DNA of 63,590 bases from a virus (Duplodnaviria; Caudoviricetes), in the IMG/VR virus record IMGVR_UViG_3300036394_000008, positions 1 through 63,590 of that record; one strand, given 5' to 3'. Both the position numbers and the translations under genes were made by a program. Numbering within the stretch: the first letter of the stretch is position 1; the number at the start of each line of letters is the position of its first letter. The notes below the pieces were generated by a model that was given only the letters and a program-made list of their open reading frames with translations, searched no databases and had not been told where the DNA came from. Below, in pieces: positions 55,613 through 63,590 of the stretch.

Positions 55613-57537
55613 GCCGCCGGAAGATCCTCGTTGCCGACCTCCTCTGTGGCGCCGGCGGGTCATCGACTGGTTGCGAGCGCGCCTTGCGCGACCTCGGCCT
55701 CGAGATGGAGCTGGTCTGCGTCAATCACTGGCCTACGGCCATTGAAACCCACCGGCTGAACCACCCTCAAGCCCGGCACCACGTCCAGGACATCTCGACC
55801 GTGCGCCCGCACCTGATCGTGCCTGAGGGTTACCTCGACCTGTTGATGGCCTCGCCGACCTGCACTCACCACTCGGTGGCGCGAGGCGGAAAGCCCACCT
55901 CCGACCAGCAGCGCAGCGACCCCTGGCACATCATCACCTGGCTTACGGAGCTGCGGGTGAAGCGGCTTATCATCGAGAACGTCTGGGAGTTCACGGGCTG
56001 GGGCCCTGTCGATCCGAAGACGAGCAAGCCAATCGCGGCGCGCAAGGGTGAATACTTCTACGCCTGGATCGAGACGCTGCGGCGCCTCGGTTACGATCCG
56101 GAATGGCGCAAGCTGAACGCCGCCAACTACGGCGACGCCACAACCCGCCAGCGCTTCATCCTCAAGGCTCGGAGCGACAAGCGCCAGGTCGGGTGGGCGA
56201 TGCAGACGCACACCAAGCGCCCCGATGACGGCCTCGCCCTGTTCCCCACGGTTAAGCCCTGGAAGCCGGCGCGCGAGATCATCGACTGGGACCTGAAGGG
56301 GCGGTCGATCTTCAACCGCAAGAAGCCGCTGGCGCCGAAGACCTTGGAGCGCATCTACGCCGGCGCCGTGAAGTTCAACTGGCCCGAACCCTATCTGGTG
56401 ATCCTTCGCCAGCACATGGCCGGCCAGAGCCTCGACGCGCCGCTACCGACCATCGCGGCCATGGGAGGGCACATCGGCATCGCCCAGCCGGTCCTGCTGA
56501 ACATGAAGAAGGGCGCCACCGGGCGCTCGGCCGCTGAGCCGCTGTTCACCCAGACCGCCGAGGCCGGCCATCAAAGCCTCGCCGAGCCGATCATCCTGTC
56601 GCAGCACAACAGCGGGGCGGCGCGGTCCACCGATGAACCGTTACCCACGATCACGACGGGCGGCGCAGGTGCCGAGAACCACCCAGGCTGTGCGCGGCCG
56701 ATGCTGGTTGAGCCGTTCGTAGTCAACGGCCGCAAAGGCAACCAGCCCCTAGGCGTCGATCATCAGCCCATCCCGACACTCGACACCAAAGGCGGCGTGT
56801 GGCTCGCGGAACCCTTCATCGTGCCGCAGGGCGGCGGCGGCGTTCCCCGCGCTACTGACGATCCGGTCGCGACCATCGCCACGGACGGCGCCCACGCCCT
56901 CATCTCGCCCTACTATGGCTCCGGCTCGGGTGAGACTTGCACATCAGATCAGGAGCCCTTGCCGACGGTCACCTCAAAGGGCCGCTTCGGCATGGTGGTG
57001 CCTGTGACCCACTCCCAGGGCGGCAACGGCGCGCGCAACGTGTCTGATCCGATCCCGACCCTGACCACTGCCAAAGGCGGCGAGTTCGCGGTCGTGATGC
57101 CTGTGACCCACCACGACGGAAGTGATCGCGTCCGAGACGTGGGGGAGCCCCTACCGACGGTGACCGGCGCCAATCGGGGCGAACTGGCCTTCATCACCGC
57201 CCAGCATGGTGAGCGGGCCGGCCAAGCGCCGCGCGTTCACAGCGTCGACCAACCGTCGCCGACCATCGCCGCCACCGGCCATGTCGATCTGATCCAGGGC
57301 GCCGAGGGCTTCGACATTCTGTTCAGGATGCTGGAGCCGCATGAACTCGCAGCGGCCATGGGCTTTGATGATGGCGACCAAGCCTACGAGTTCGCCGGGA
57401 CCAAGACCGACAAGATCAAGCAGATCGGCAACGCCGTCGCCGTCTCAATGATGAAGGCCGAGGTGTCGGCGATTATGGCTGACGCGGTGCCGCGCCGCCG
57501 CGCCGCCCGGCCGTTGGAATGTGAGGTGGCGGCATGA
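55609..57537 (+). CDS. Large C5-cytosine DNA methyltransferase with tandem internal repeats
   Basis: ADLLCGAGGSS, VNHW, ASPTC, IENV, YG..T.R.R, KQIGNAV. Confidence 0.93.
   Translation: MSRRKILVADLLCGAGGSSTGCERALRDLGLEMELVCVNHWPTAIETHRLNHPQARHHVQDISTVRPHLIVPEGYLDLLMASPTCTHHSVARGGKPTSDQQRSDPWHIITWLTELRVKRLIIENVWEFTGWGPVDPKTSKPIAARKGEYFYAWIETLRRLGYDPEWRKLNAANYGDATTRQRFILKARSDKRQVGWAMQTHTKRPDDGLALFPTVKPWKPAREIIDWDLKGRSIFNRKKPLAPKTLERIYAGAVKFNWPEPYLVILRQHMAGQSLDAPLPTIAAMGGHIGIAQPVLLNMKKGATGRSAAEPLFTQTAEAGHQSLAEPIILSQHNSGAARSTDEPLPTITTGGAGAENHPGCARPMLVEPFVVNGRKGNQPLGVDHQPIPTLDTKGGVWLAEPFIVPQGGGGVPRATDDPVATIATDGAHALISPYYGSGSGETCTSDQEPLPTVTSKGRFGMVVPVTHSQGGNGARNVSDPIPTLTTAKGGEFAVVMPVTHHDGSDRVRDVGEPLPTVTGANRGELAFITAQHGERAGQAPRVHSVDQPSPTIAATGHVDLIQGAEGFDILFRMLEPHELAAAMGFDDGDQAYEFAGTKTDKIKQIGNAVAVSMMKAEVSAIMADAVPRRRAARPLECEVAA
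56386..57291 (+). repeat. About nine degenerate ~32-aa repeats inside the C5 MTase
   Basis: Recurring (D/E/Q)P(L/I)PT(I/V/L) units; DNA repeat CCTGTGACCCAC at 57001 and 57100. Confidence 0.8.
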
Positions 57538-57836
57538 AGGCCTCGACCTATCACGCCAACGGCAAGGGCCACTGGCTGCTCGAGCGCCTGGTCAACGGAC
57601 CGGTTGAACGCGACGAGCTGCTGGTGGAGGGCGAACTCGCTGGGCACCGCAAGATCGTCTACGTGATCGCGGCCATGCAGACCGACGGCTTCATCGTCCA
57701 TCGGTCCCGCGCCTATGCCCTAACCGACACTGGCGTCGCTGCTCTCGACCGGCTGCGGGCTGGGCGCGCCGTCGCCGGCCCCGTGGCCGAAGTCCGAACC
57801 AGCGTCCGGATCTTTGACCGGCAGGTGGCGGCATGA
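57534..57836 (+). CDS. Winged-helix-like hypothetical protein
   Basis: ...DGFI.....YALTDTG..AL pattern; coupled. Confidence 0.6.
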   Translation: MKASTYHANGKGHWLLERLVNGPVERDELLVEGELAGHRKIVYVIAAMQTDGFIVHRSRAYALTDTGVAALDRLRAGRAVAGPVAEVRTSVRIFDRQVAA

Positions 57837-58657
57837 CGCGGCGGTCCATCGAGATCCGCGTCGCCTCGACGGGCCAGCTCATCCCGCACGAACTGATCCG
57901 GTTCGCGGGAGGCGAGCTGCATGTCCGCCTCTCCGTTCCCATCCTGGTCAACTGCCATTCGCTCGTCATGCGGGCGCAGCTGACCTCGGCCGAGGCGATC
58001 CTGGAGCTGATGTTGCTCACTGACGCGCTGCGGCGTGAACTCGGCTGGGCGACTTGCCTAAAGCTGGTGTGTCCGTACCTGCCCTACGCGAGACAGGACC
58101 GGGTATGCGCGCCGGGCGAAGCACTTTCGCTGCGAGTGATGTGCGACCTGATTAATGGGCTCAACTTCGACGAGGTCGAGATTTGGGATCCGCATAGCGA
58201 CGTGGCTATGGCGCTGCTCGAGCGTGCAGTCGCGGTGTCGCAAGAGGTCTTCGTCTCCCGCCTCACGCTAGGCAGCTCCTGGCGGCTCGTCGCCCCTGAC
58301 GCAGGAGCTGCGAAGAAGATTGGACCGGTCGCGAAGGCGACGGGCCTTCCCATCATCCAAGCCATGAAGGTCCGCGACCCCATGACGGGCGCAATCACGG
58401 GGACCACGGTCGACTGGGACGAAACCGCATGTTCGGCCGCCAACCTGCTGATCGTGGACGATATCTGCGACGGCGGGCGAACCTTCATCGAACTCGCCAA
58501 AGTCCTTCGGCCCAAGACGACCGGGCGGATCCTGCTCTTCGTCACCCACGGCATCTTCAGCCAGGGCATCGAGGTCTTCGCGGATCTCTTTGACGGCATC
58601 TTCACCGCCAACCTCTTCCCCGGGGTCGGCGCCCATCCCCTTCTTCTCGAGGTCTAG
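57833..58657 (+). CDS. adps: PRPP-synthetase-like enzyme; ADPR-PP synthetase of NARP1
   Basis: FAGGE, PYLPYARQDR, DPHS, APDAGA.KK, K.RD..TG, IVDDICDGGRTF, VTHGIFS; adjacent to a Nampt-like gene. Confidence 0.85.
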   Translation: MTRRSIEIRVASTGQLIPHELIRFAGGELHVRLSVPILVNCHSLVMRAQLTSAEAILELMLLTDALRRELGWATCLKLVCPYLPYARQDRVCAPGEALSLRVMCDLINGLNFDEVEIWDPHSDVAMALLERAVAVSQEVFVSRLTLGSSWRLVAPDAGAAKKIGPVAKATGLPIIQAMKVRDPMTGAITGTTVDWDETACSAANLLIVDDICDGGRTFIELAKVLRPKTTGRILLFVTHGIFSQGIEVFADLFDGIFTANLFPGVGAHPLLLEV

Positions 58658-58661
58658 AGCC

Positions 58662-60185
58662 ATGAAGCTCTCCCCCCTGCACGCCACCGACTTCTACAAA
58701 ACGGGCCATGTGGCCCAGTACCCCGCTGGCACAGAGCTGGTTTATTCGAACTTCACCTGCCGCTCAGACACCCACGCCCAGGTGCTCCCCGACTTCGACC
58801 ACAAGACGGTCTTCTACGGGCTGCAGGGCATCTGCCAATGGCTCCTGATTGATCTCTGGAACCGGGAATTCTTCCAGCAGGACAAGGCGGCGGTTGTCGG
58901 CGCCTACGAGGTCCGCCTGCGCCAAAGCCTCGGCCTCGAAACTGTCGACGTCAGCCACATCGAGGCGCTCCACGATCTCGGCTATCTGCCGCTGCTCATC
59001 AAGGCGTTGCCCGAGGGCAGCCGAGTGGACATCCGCGTCCCCCTGTTCACGATCCGCAACACCCACCCGGAATTCTATTGGCTGACGAACTACGTTGAGA
59101 CCCAGCTCTCCGCCGAGATCTGGAAGTCGATCACCACGGCAACCTCCGCCTATGAGTATCGTCGCCTGCTCGATCGCTACGCCGCCGAGACCGGGGCGCC
59201 GGCGGAGTTCGTGCCCTGGCAGGGACACGATTTCTCCATGCGGGGCCAGTCGGGCATCCACGACGCCAGCCAATCCGGAGGCGGCCACCTCCTGTCGTTC
59301 CTTGGGACCGATACGGTCAGCGCCATCGACTACCTCGAGCACTACTACCAAGCGGCAGGCACGTTCGTCGGCGGCTCGGTCCCGGCGACCGAGCACAGCG
59401 TCATGTGTATGGGTGGCGAGGCCGACGAGGTCCTGACGTTCCGCCGGCTGCTGACCGACACCTATCCGGCCGGGATCGTCAGCATCGTCTCAGACACCTG
59501 GGACTTGTGGTCCGTGATGACCGACATGGCCGCCGAGCTGAAGCCCGCGATCATGGCGCGCGAGGGCAAGACGGTGTTCCGGCCGGACAGCGGAGACCCG
59601 GTCAAGATCCTGATCGGCGATCTTGAGGCGCCATGGGGAACGCCCGCCCACAAGGGCGCGGTCCAGTGTCTATGGGAGGTCTTCGGCGGCACGACATCGC
59701 CCGAGGGCTTCCGGACGCTCGATAGCCACGTCGGGCTCATCTACGGCGACAGCATCACACTCGACCGCGCGCAGAGGATCCTCGCCGGGCTCAAGAAGAA
59801 GGGCTTCTCCTCGGGCAATGTCGTTTTCGGGATCGGCTCCTTCACCTACCAGCACGTCACCCGCGACACCTTCGGCACCGCCGTGAAGGCCACGTTCGGC
59901 ACCGTCGATGGGGCCGACCGAGAGCTGTTCAAAGACCCGAAGACCGACAACGGCGTGAAGAAGTCGGCGCGTGGCCTTGTTCGGGTTGAAGAACTCGACG
60001 GTCGTTTCGTTCTGCACGACCGCCAGACATGGGCCCAGGAGGAAGGTGGCGCGCTTGAGCCAGTTTTCCGCGACAGCGAAATGCGGCGCCTCACCTCGCT
60101 CGCAGAGATCCGCGCAAGGCTGCATGGCGATCGCTTCGCCCCAGCATCGGTGCCTACAGATACGGAGGTGCTCCATGGCACCTAA
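58662..60185 (+). CDS. namat: Nampt-like enzyme; nicotinamide ADP-ribosyltransferase of NARP1
   Basis: ATG 58662; TDFYKTGH, HDFSMRG, SVPATEHSVM, SIVSDTWD, RPDSGDP, IYGDSIT, FGIGS, KKSARG. Confidence 0.85.
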   Translation: MKLSPLHATDFYKTGHVAQYPAGTELVYSNFTCRSDTHAQVLPDFDHKTVFYGLQGICQWLLIDLWNREFFQQDKAAVVGAYEVRLRQSLGLETVDVSHIEALHDLGYLPLLIKALPEGSRVDIRVPLFTIRNTHPEFYWLTNYVETQLSAEIWKSITTATSAYEYRRLLDRYAAETGAPAEFVPWQGHDFSMRGQSGIHDASQSGGGHLLSFLGTDTVSAIDYLEHYYQAAGTFVGGSVPATEHSVMCMGGEADEVLTFRRLLTDTYPAGIVSIVSDTWDLWSVMTDMAAELKPAIMAREGKTVFRPDSGDPVKILIGDLEAPWGTPAHKGAVQCLWEVFGGTTSPEGFRTLDSHVGLIYGDSITLDRAQRILAGLKKKGFSSGNVVFGIGSFTYQHVTRDTFGTAVKATFGTVDGADRELFKDPKTDNGVKKSARGLVRVEELDGRFVLHDRQTWAQEEGGALEPVFRDSEMRRLTSLAEIRARLHGDRFAPASVPTDTEVLHGT

Positions 60186-60658
60186 GTACGCCGCCGACAC
60201 TTCGGTCTCGTCGGAGCGCAGCCGCGCCGAGATCGAACAGACCCCTGCGCCGATATAAGGCCGACGCATTCGGCTACCTGTCGGAGCGAGACAGCTCGAT
60301 CATCATGTTCCGCATGGGTGGCCGGCACATCAAGTTCATCCTGCCCATGCCTGACCCGGCGAGCGACGAGTTCACGCGCACTCCCGCGAAACGGGACCTG
60401 CGCACCCCCGCCGCCGCCGAAGCCGCATGGGAACAGGCTTGCCGCCAACGCTGGCGCGCGCTGGCCCTCGTGATCAAGGCGAAGCTGGAGGCGGTCGCCG
60501 CGGGCATCACAACGGTGGAGGACGAGTTCCTGGCCCACACGGTCTTGCCTGACGGTTCGACGGTTGGCGAATGGGCCAAGCCACAACTCGCCCTCGCCTA
60601 CCAGTCCGCTCAGATGCCGACCCGTCTACTTCTGCAGGGAGGCGATGCCCATGGCTGA
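60175..60658 (+). pseudogene. Conserved phage protein interrupted by a +1 frameshift (or sequencing error)
   Basis: MAPKYAADTSVSSERSRAEIEQT is followed by ACCCCTG and a stop at 60256-58. Removing one C gives TLRRYKADAFGY..., in frame with ORF 60305..60658 (RQRWRALALVIKAKLEAV..EFL). Confidence 0.75.
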
Positions 60659-61088
60659 TCGCAAGATCCACTGGCGCTGCTTCCACTGCGGCGACACCTT
60701 CACGAAGGCCCAGGAGCGCTGGGCGCGCGAGCACTTCGGCCGGGACGAGGGCGAGCAGCCTGTCTGCTTGATCCGCACGGCCGGTGAAGGCGGCTTACTG
60801 ACTGCCCTTCGGAATGCGCAAGACGAGTTGGCTGCCTACCGGTCAGACGACGGCGATCTGATGCGAGCCCTCATGGCCATGCAGGCCGACCACGCCGTCG
60901 CGCTCCGGGACACCGAGGAGCGCGGCTACGCCAAGGGCCTGGCAGATGGCCGCGCCGAGGACACCGACAGAGCTCGCATGGAGAAGGCGCTCATCCAGTT
61001 GCGGGACTGCGACTGGGCCATCGGCATCGGTGACCGAATGGACCCAGTGCGGGCGATCGCCCGCCAAGCTCTAGGAATCTCCCAATGA
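60651..61088 (+). CDS. Hypothetical C2H-type Zn-finger protein
   Basis: WRCFHCG..F......A..HFG. Confidence 0.7.
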   Translation: MADRKIHWRCFHCGDTFTKAQERWAREHFGRDEGEQPVCLIRTAGEGGLLTALRNAQDELAAYRSDDGDLMRALMAMQADHAVALRDTEERGYAKGLADGRAEDTDRARMEKALIQLRDCDWAIGIGDRMDPVRAIARQALGISQ

Positions 61089-61513
61089 GCCGCAACCTGC
61101 CGAAGCCGCAGCGCGACCTAGTGAAGGCCGTTAAAACCGAATACCGGCGCGTGCAGGCCGACCTTGGCCCCCGACTGTCGTCGCACCCCCATCCGGCGAT
61201 GCGCGATCCTCAGCAGCAAGCCCTGCAAGTCGCGCAGAACACGCTGCGGACCTGCATGGAAGCGACGCTCCAGAGCATGGGACCATACAGCCCTGAGACC
61301 TGCGCAAGCCTTGCTATCCGGCTCGCGAGTTACGCGATCTCGGCCGCCGCCCTGGAGGATCAAGACTTCCTCCTGGCGCACGTCCTGCGCCACCTCGGAC
61401 CAGAGCACATGCGCCGGGTCGATCAGGGCATTTCCATCCAAACAGAGTGGCAAATGAAGGACGGCGAGGCGCGTCCGAACTTCGGCCCTATCAGCCCAAG
61501 AGCATCCCAATGA
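61085..61513 (+). CDS. Hypothetical protein
   Basis: 142 aa, ATGA coupled. Confidence 0.6.
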   Translation: MSRNLPKPQRDLVKAVKTEYRRVQADLGPRLSSHPHPAMRDPQQQALQVAQNTLRTCMEATLQSMGPYSPETCASLAIRLASYAISAAALEDQDFLLAHVLRHLGPEHMRRVDQGISIQTEWQMKDGEARPNFGPISPRASQ

Positions 61514-61878
61514 GCCTTTCAGAGCAGAACCGGGCGCTGGTTGAGCGCATGCTGCCTCGCATCGTAGACGCCCACTTCATAACCATTGGCGACCGCACGC
61601 TAAACGCTCTCCTAGACGCCGCCCGAGCAGAGGGAGCGCCAGACGCCGAGGCGTGGAGACCGACCCATCGGCACGTCAAGCGCGGGACCGATTACGAGGT
61701 TGTCGCGGAGGGCCTGATGCAGACTGCCGTCTCGCGCGGGGCCTGGGATGATCTCCCGATGACGATCTATCGCGGCGAAGACGGGAAATGGTGGGCCCGG
61801 CCGACAACTGAATTTCGCGACGGTCGGTTTGAAGCCCTCCTCCAGCAGCCAACCCAAGAGAAGGGGGTGAACAAATGA
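61510..61878 (+). CDS. DUF1653-like SH3-fold protein
   Basis: HRHVKRGTDYEV...IYR..DG.WWARP..EF.DGRF. Confidence 0.75.
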   Translation: MSLSEQNRALVERMLPRIVDAHFITIGDRTLNALLDAARAEGAPDAEAWRPTHRHVKRGTDYEVVAEGLMQTAVSRGAWDDLPMTIYRGEDGKWWARPTTEFRDGRFEALLQQPTQEKGVNK

Positions 61879-62192
61879 GCGCGCTATCGATGGCCGATAC
61901 TGCACGGGAGGTTGGCCTCTCCCCCGAACGCTTCCGCAAGGTCTGGAAGGACTGGCGCCGCGAACTGAACTTCCCCGCCCCTTTCCGCGCGCCAGCTTCT
62001 GGCGGCCGAGGCTCCTACGCGTGGGAATCGGAGGACGTCGGAGAATGGAAGGCTCGCCGCAAGACCATCCTGGGCGAGGAAGCACCGCCCGCGAACGACG
62101 ACAAGCCGACGACGCCTACGCCATCGCCTGGCATCAGCCGCCTGGCGCGGGATCGCGCGGTGCTGCGTCGCCTCATGGCTCGCGAAGGCTAG
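61875..62192 (+). CDS. xis: Excisionase / AlpA-like recombination directionality factor
   Basis: HTH, then FPAP....W...DV.EW; directly upstream of the integrase. Confidence 0.75.
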   Translation: MSALSMADTAREVGLSPERFRKVWKDWRRELNFPAPFRAPASGGRGSYAWESEDVGEWKARRKTILGEEAPPANDDKPTTPTPSPGISRLARDRAVLRRLMAREG

Positions 62193-62249
62193 AGCCTTGC
62201 GAACTGACCAAACTGCTCGCCTAGTGCTGACCGAGGAGGCCTGACGGTC

Positions 62250-63590
62250 ATGGCGAACCAACGTGCCGGCGTTCCTGCTGGCTGGACATGGCGAGACGGC
62301 CGGCCGCGCTGGAAGGCTTCCCCCACGCTGCGCAAGACCGGCTGGCGCGACGCTGACCTCAAGGGGCCGGACGGCGCCTGGCTGGCGCGCGGCGCATCCA
62401 TCGACGCGGCCCAGGCCATTATGGACGGGGTCGCGCTATGGCGCGGTGGCGCGTTGGTCCCGGCGGCCCTTGCCCCCGTCGCGCCCCCAATGGCCTGCGA
62501 GGAAGTCGGCGCCGGTCTGGCCGCGCCGATCTCGCCCATGTCAATCGGCGGCCTGATGGAAGCCTATACCGGCGTCCCCGCCGACGCACAGAAGGCGCCT
62601 TGTAAGGAGTTCGCCGGTCTCAAGCCGAGCACGCAGCGGGACTACCGGGGAAAGCTGAAGCGCCTGGTCGATGTCCTCGCCGGCTACACCATCTTGCCGG
62701 CTCGCGGCGATGAGGCCGCCAAAAGAGAATACGAGGCGGCCGTGGCGATCGCGCGCGGCCTTTCGATCTTCACGCTCGAGCCGGAGGTCGATGGCGACGG
62801 CAATCTCGTCTCCGACCTGCTGTACGACGCCTATCACTCCCTCAAGCAGAACGTCGGGCTCAACCAAGCGTCCGGCGTCATGGCGACGACAGGCGCGTGG
62901 CTCAGCTGGTGCCGCGAGCGCAAGAACCGGAAGATCCGCAACTGGGCGTCTGAGGTCAGCCGCGAAACCCCTGCTGGCCGGCTGCACGTCCTGACCTGGG
63001 AAGAGATCTTCGCCCTGGTCACCGCGGCCGACGAGATGGGCATCCCGTCCATCGGCGACAGCGTGATCCTCGGCGTGGATCTATCCTGGTCGCAGATCGA
63101 CCGCCTGCAGCTGACCTGGGACCGCCTCGTGGATAACCGAGCCTTCACCGGCGCCGAGGGCCGTCAGAAGACGGGGCGCGTGGGAGGCACGCCGTTGCTC
63201 GACGCGCTGGGCGTGCCCCGGGTCGTCGAGATCCGGGCCCGACAGGCCAAGATGGCGGCCCACCCGACCCACGTCCTTTGGTGCGAGCTGACCAACAACC
63301 CGTGGAAGTCCGATCACTACCGGCACATCTTCGCCGACGTTCGCGCCGAAGCCGCGAAAAAGGTGCCGGGCGTTCTCAAGGCCACCGACCAGGACCTGCG
63401 CGACACCGCCATCACGATTGGCCGGCAGGCGGGCCTAGAGCTGGACGAAATCTGCAGCCGGACGCTTCAGAGCCGAAAGCACGTCATGGAACTGCTCGAC
63501 CGCCACTACGGAGAGATCGGCGTCGAGATCGCCGACGCCGGCCGAGACCGTCTCAACGCGTATTTGCTCGCCCGAAAGGTCGGCCAGTGA
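62250..63590 (+). CDS. int: Tyrosine recombinase (integrase)
   Basis: WRDGRPRW arm domain, LKPSTQRDY core-binding domain, QKTG, DLRDT, RHY; GAGGAGG RBS; stop at the window end. Confidence 0.85.
   Translation: MANQRAGVPAGWTWRDGRPRWKASPTLRKTGWRDADLKGPDGAWLARGASIDAAQAIMDGVALWRGGALVPAALAPVAPPMACEEVGAGLAAPISPMSIGGLMEAYTGVPADAQKAPCKEFAGLKPSTQRDYRGKLKRLVDVLAGYTILPARGDEAAKREYEAAVAIARGLSIFTLEPEVDGDGNLVSDLLYDAYHSLKQNVGLNQASGVMATTGAWLSWCRERKNRKIRNWASEVSRETPAGRLHVLTWEEIFALVTAADEMGIPSIGDSVILGVDLSWSQIDRLQLTWDRLVDNRAFTGAEGRQKTGRVGGTPLLDALGVPRVVEIRARQAKMAAHPTHVLWCELTNNPWKSDHYRHIFADVRAEAAKKVPGVLKATDQDLRDTAITIGRQAGLELDEICSRTLQSRKHVMELLDRHYGEIGVEIADAGRDRLNAYLLARKVGQ

Larger units (their letters stand above)
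1..63590. mobile_element. Temperate siphovirus / prophage (partial; lysis genes and att sites not in window)
   Basis: Terminase-portal-scaffold-capsid-tail-tape measure module, CI/Cro switch, replication and recombination genes, excisionase and integrase in lambdoid order. Confidence 0.97.

Noticed and set aside
57833-60185. NARP2 or classical NAD salvage
   Set aside because: No Nmnat/NadR gene in the window and the partner is Prs-like; kept only as the refuting alternative.
1-63590. tRNA, rRNA, lysis cassette, attL/attR
   Set aside because: None recognised; lysis genes and att sites probably lie outside the window. tRNAscan and Infernal were not run.

Overview
GC-rich temperate siphovirus or prophage, most likely of a Caulobacteraceae-type alphaproteobacterium (inferred from the GcrA, SciP and host-like DnaB homologues). 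The layout is lambdoid. From 1 to ~42.2 kb on the minus strand lie the Cro/CII-like genes, GcrA, methyltransferases, DnaB and initiator, a Q-position regulator, then packaging, head and tail genes, ending in an RcGTA-like head-spike pair that is cut by the left edge. An immunity switch with five CTTAC-N5-GTAAG operators sits at 42.2-43.7 kb. The plus-strand early operon runs from 43.7 kb through RecE-like recombination genes to the excisionase and tyrosine integrase at the right edge. Main accessory content: a complete Pycsar defence pair (PycTM + PycC); a NARP1-type NAD+ reconstitution pair (Adps + Namat); a stand-alone acyl carrier protein; both GcrA and SciP cell-cycle regulator homologues; four DNA methyltransferases; two radical-SAM-like proteins; a DUF4145 moron. 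Also present are a -1 programmed frameshift in the tail chaperone and one frameshifted gene. No lysis cassette, att site, tRNA or CRISPR array was seen. All family calls come from motif recognition by eye, not from database searches.
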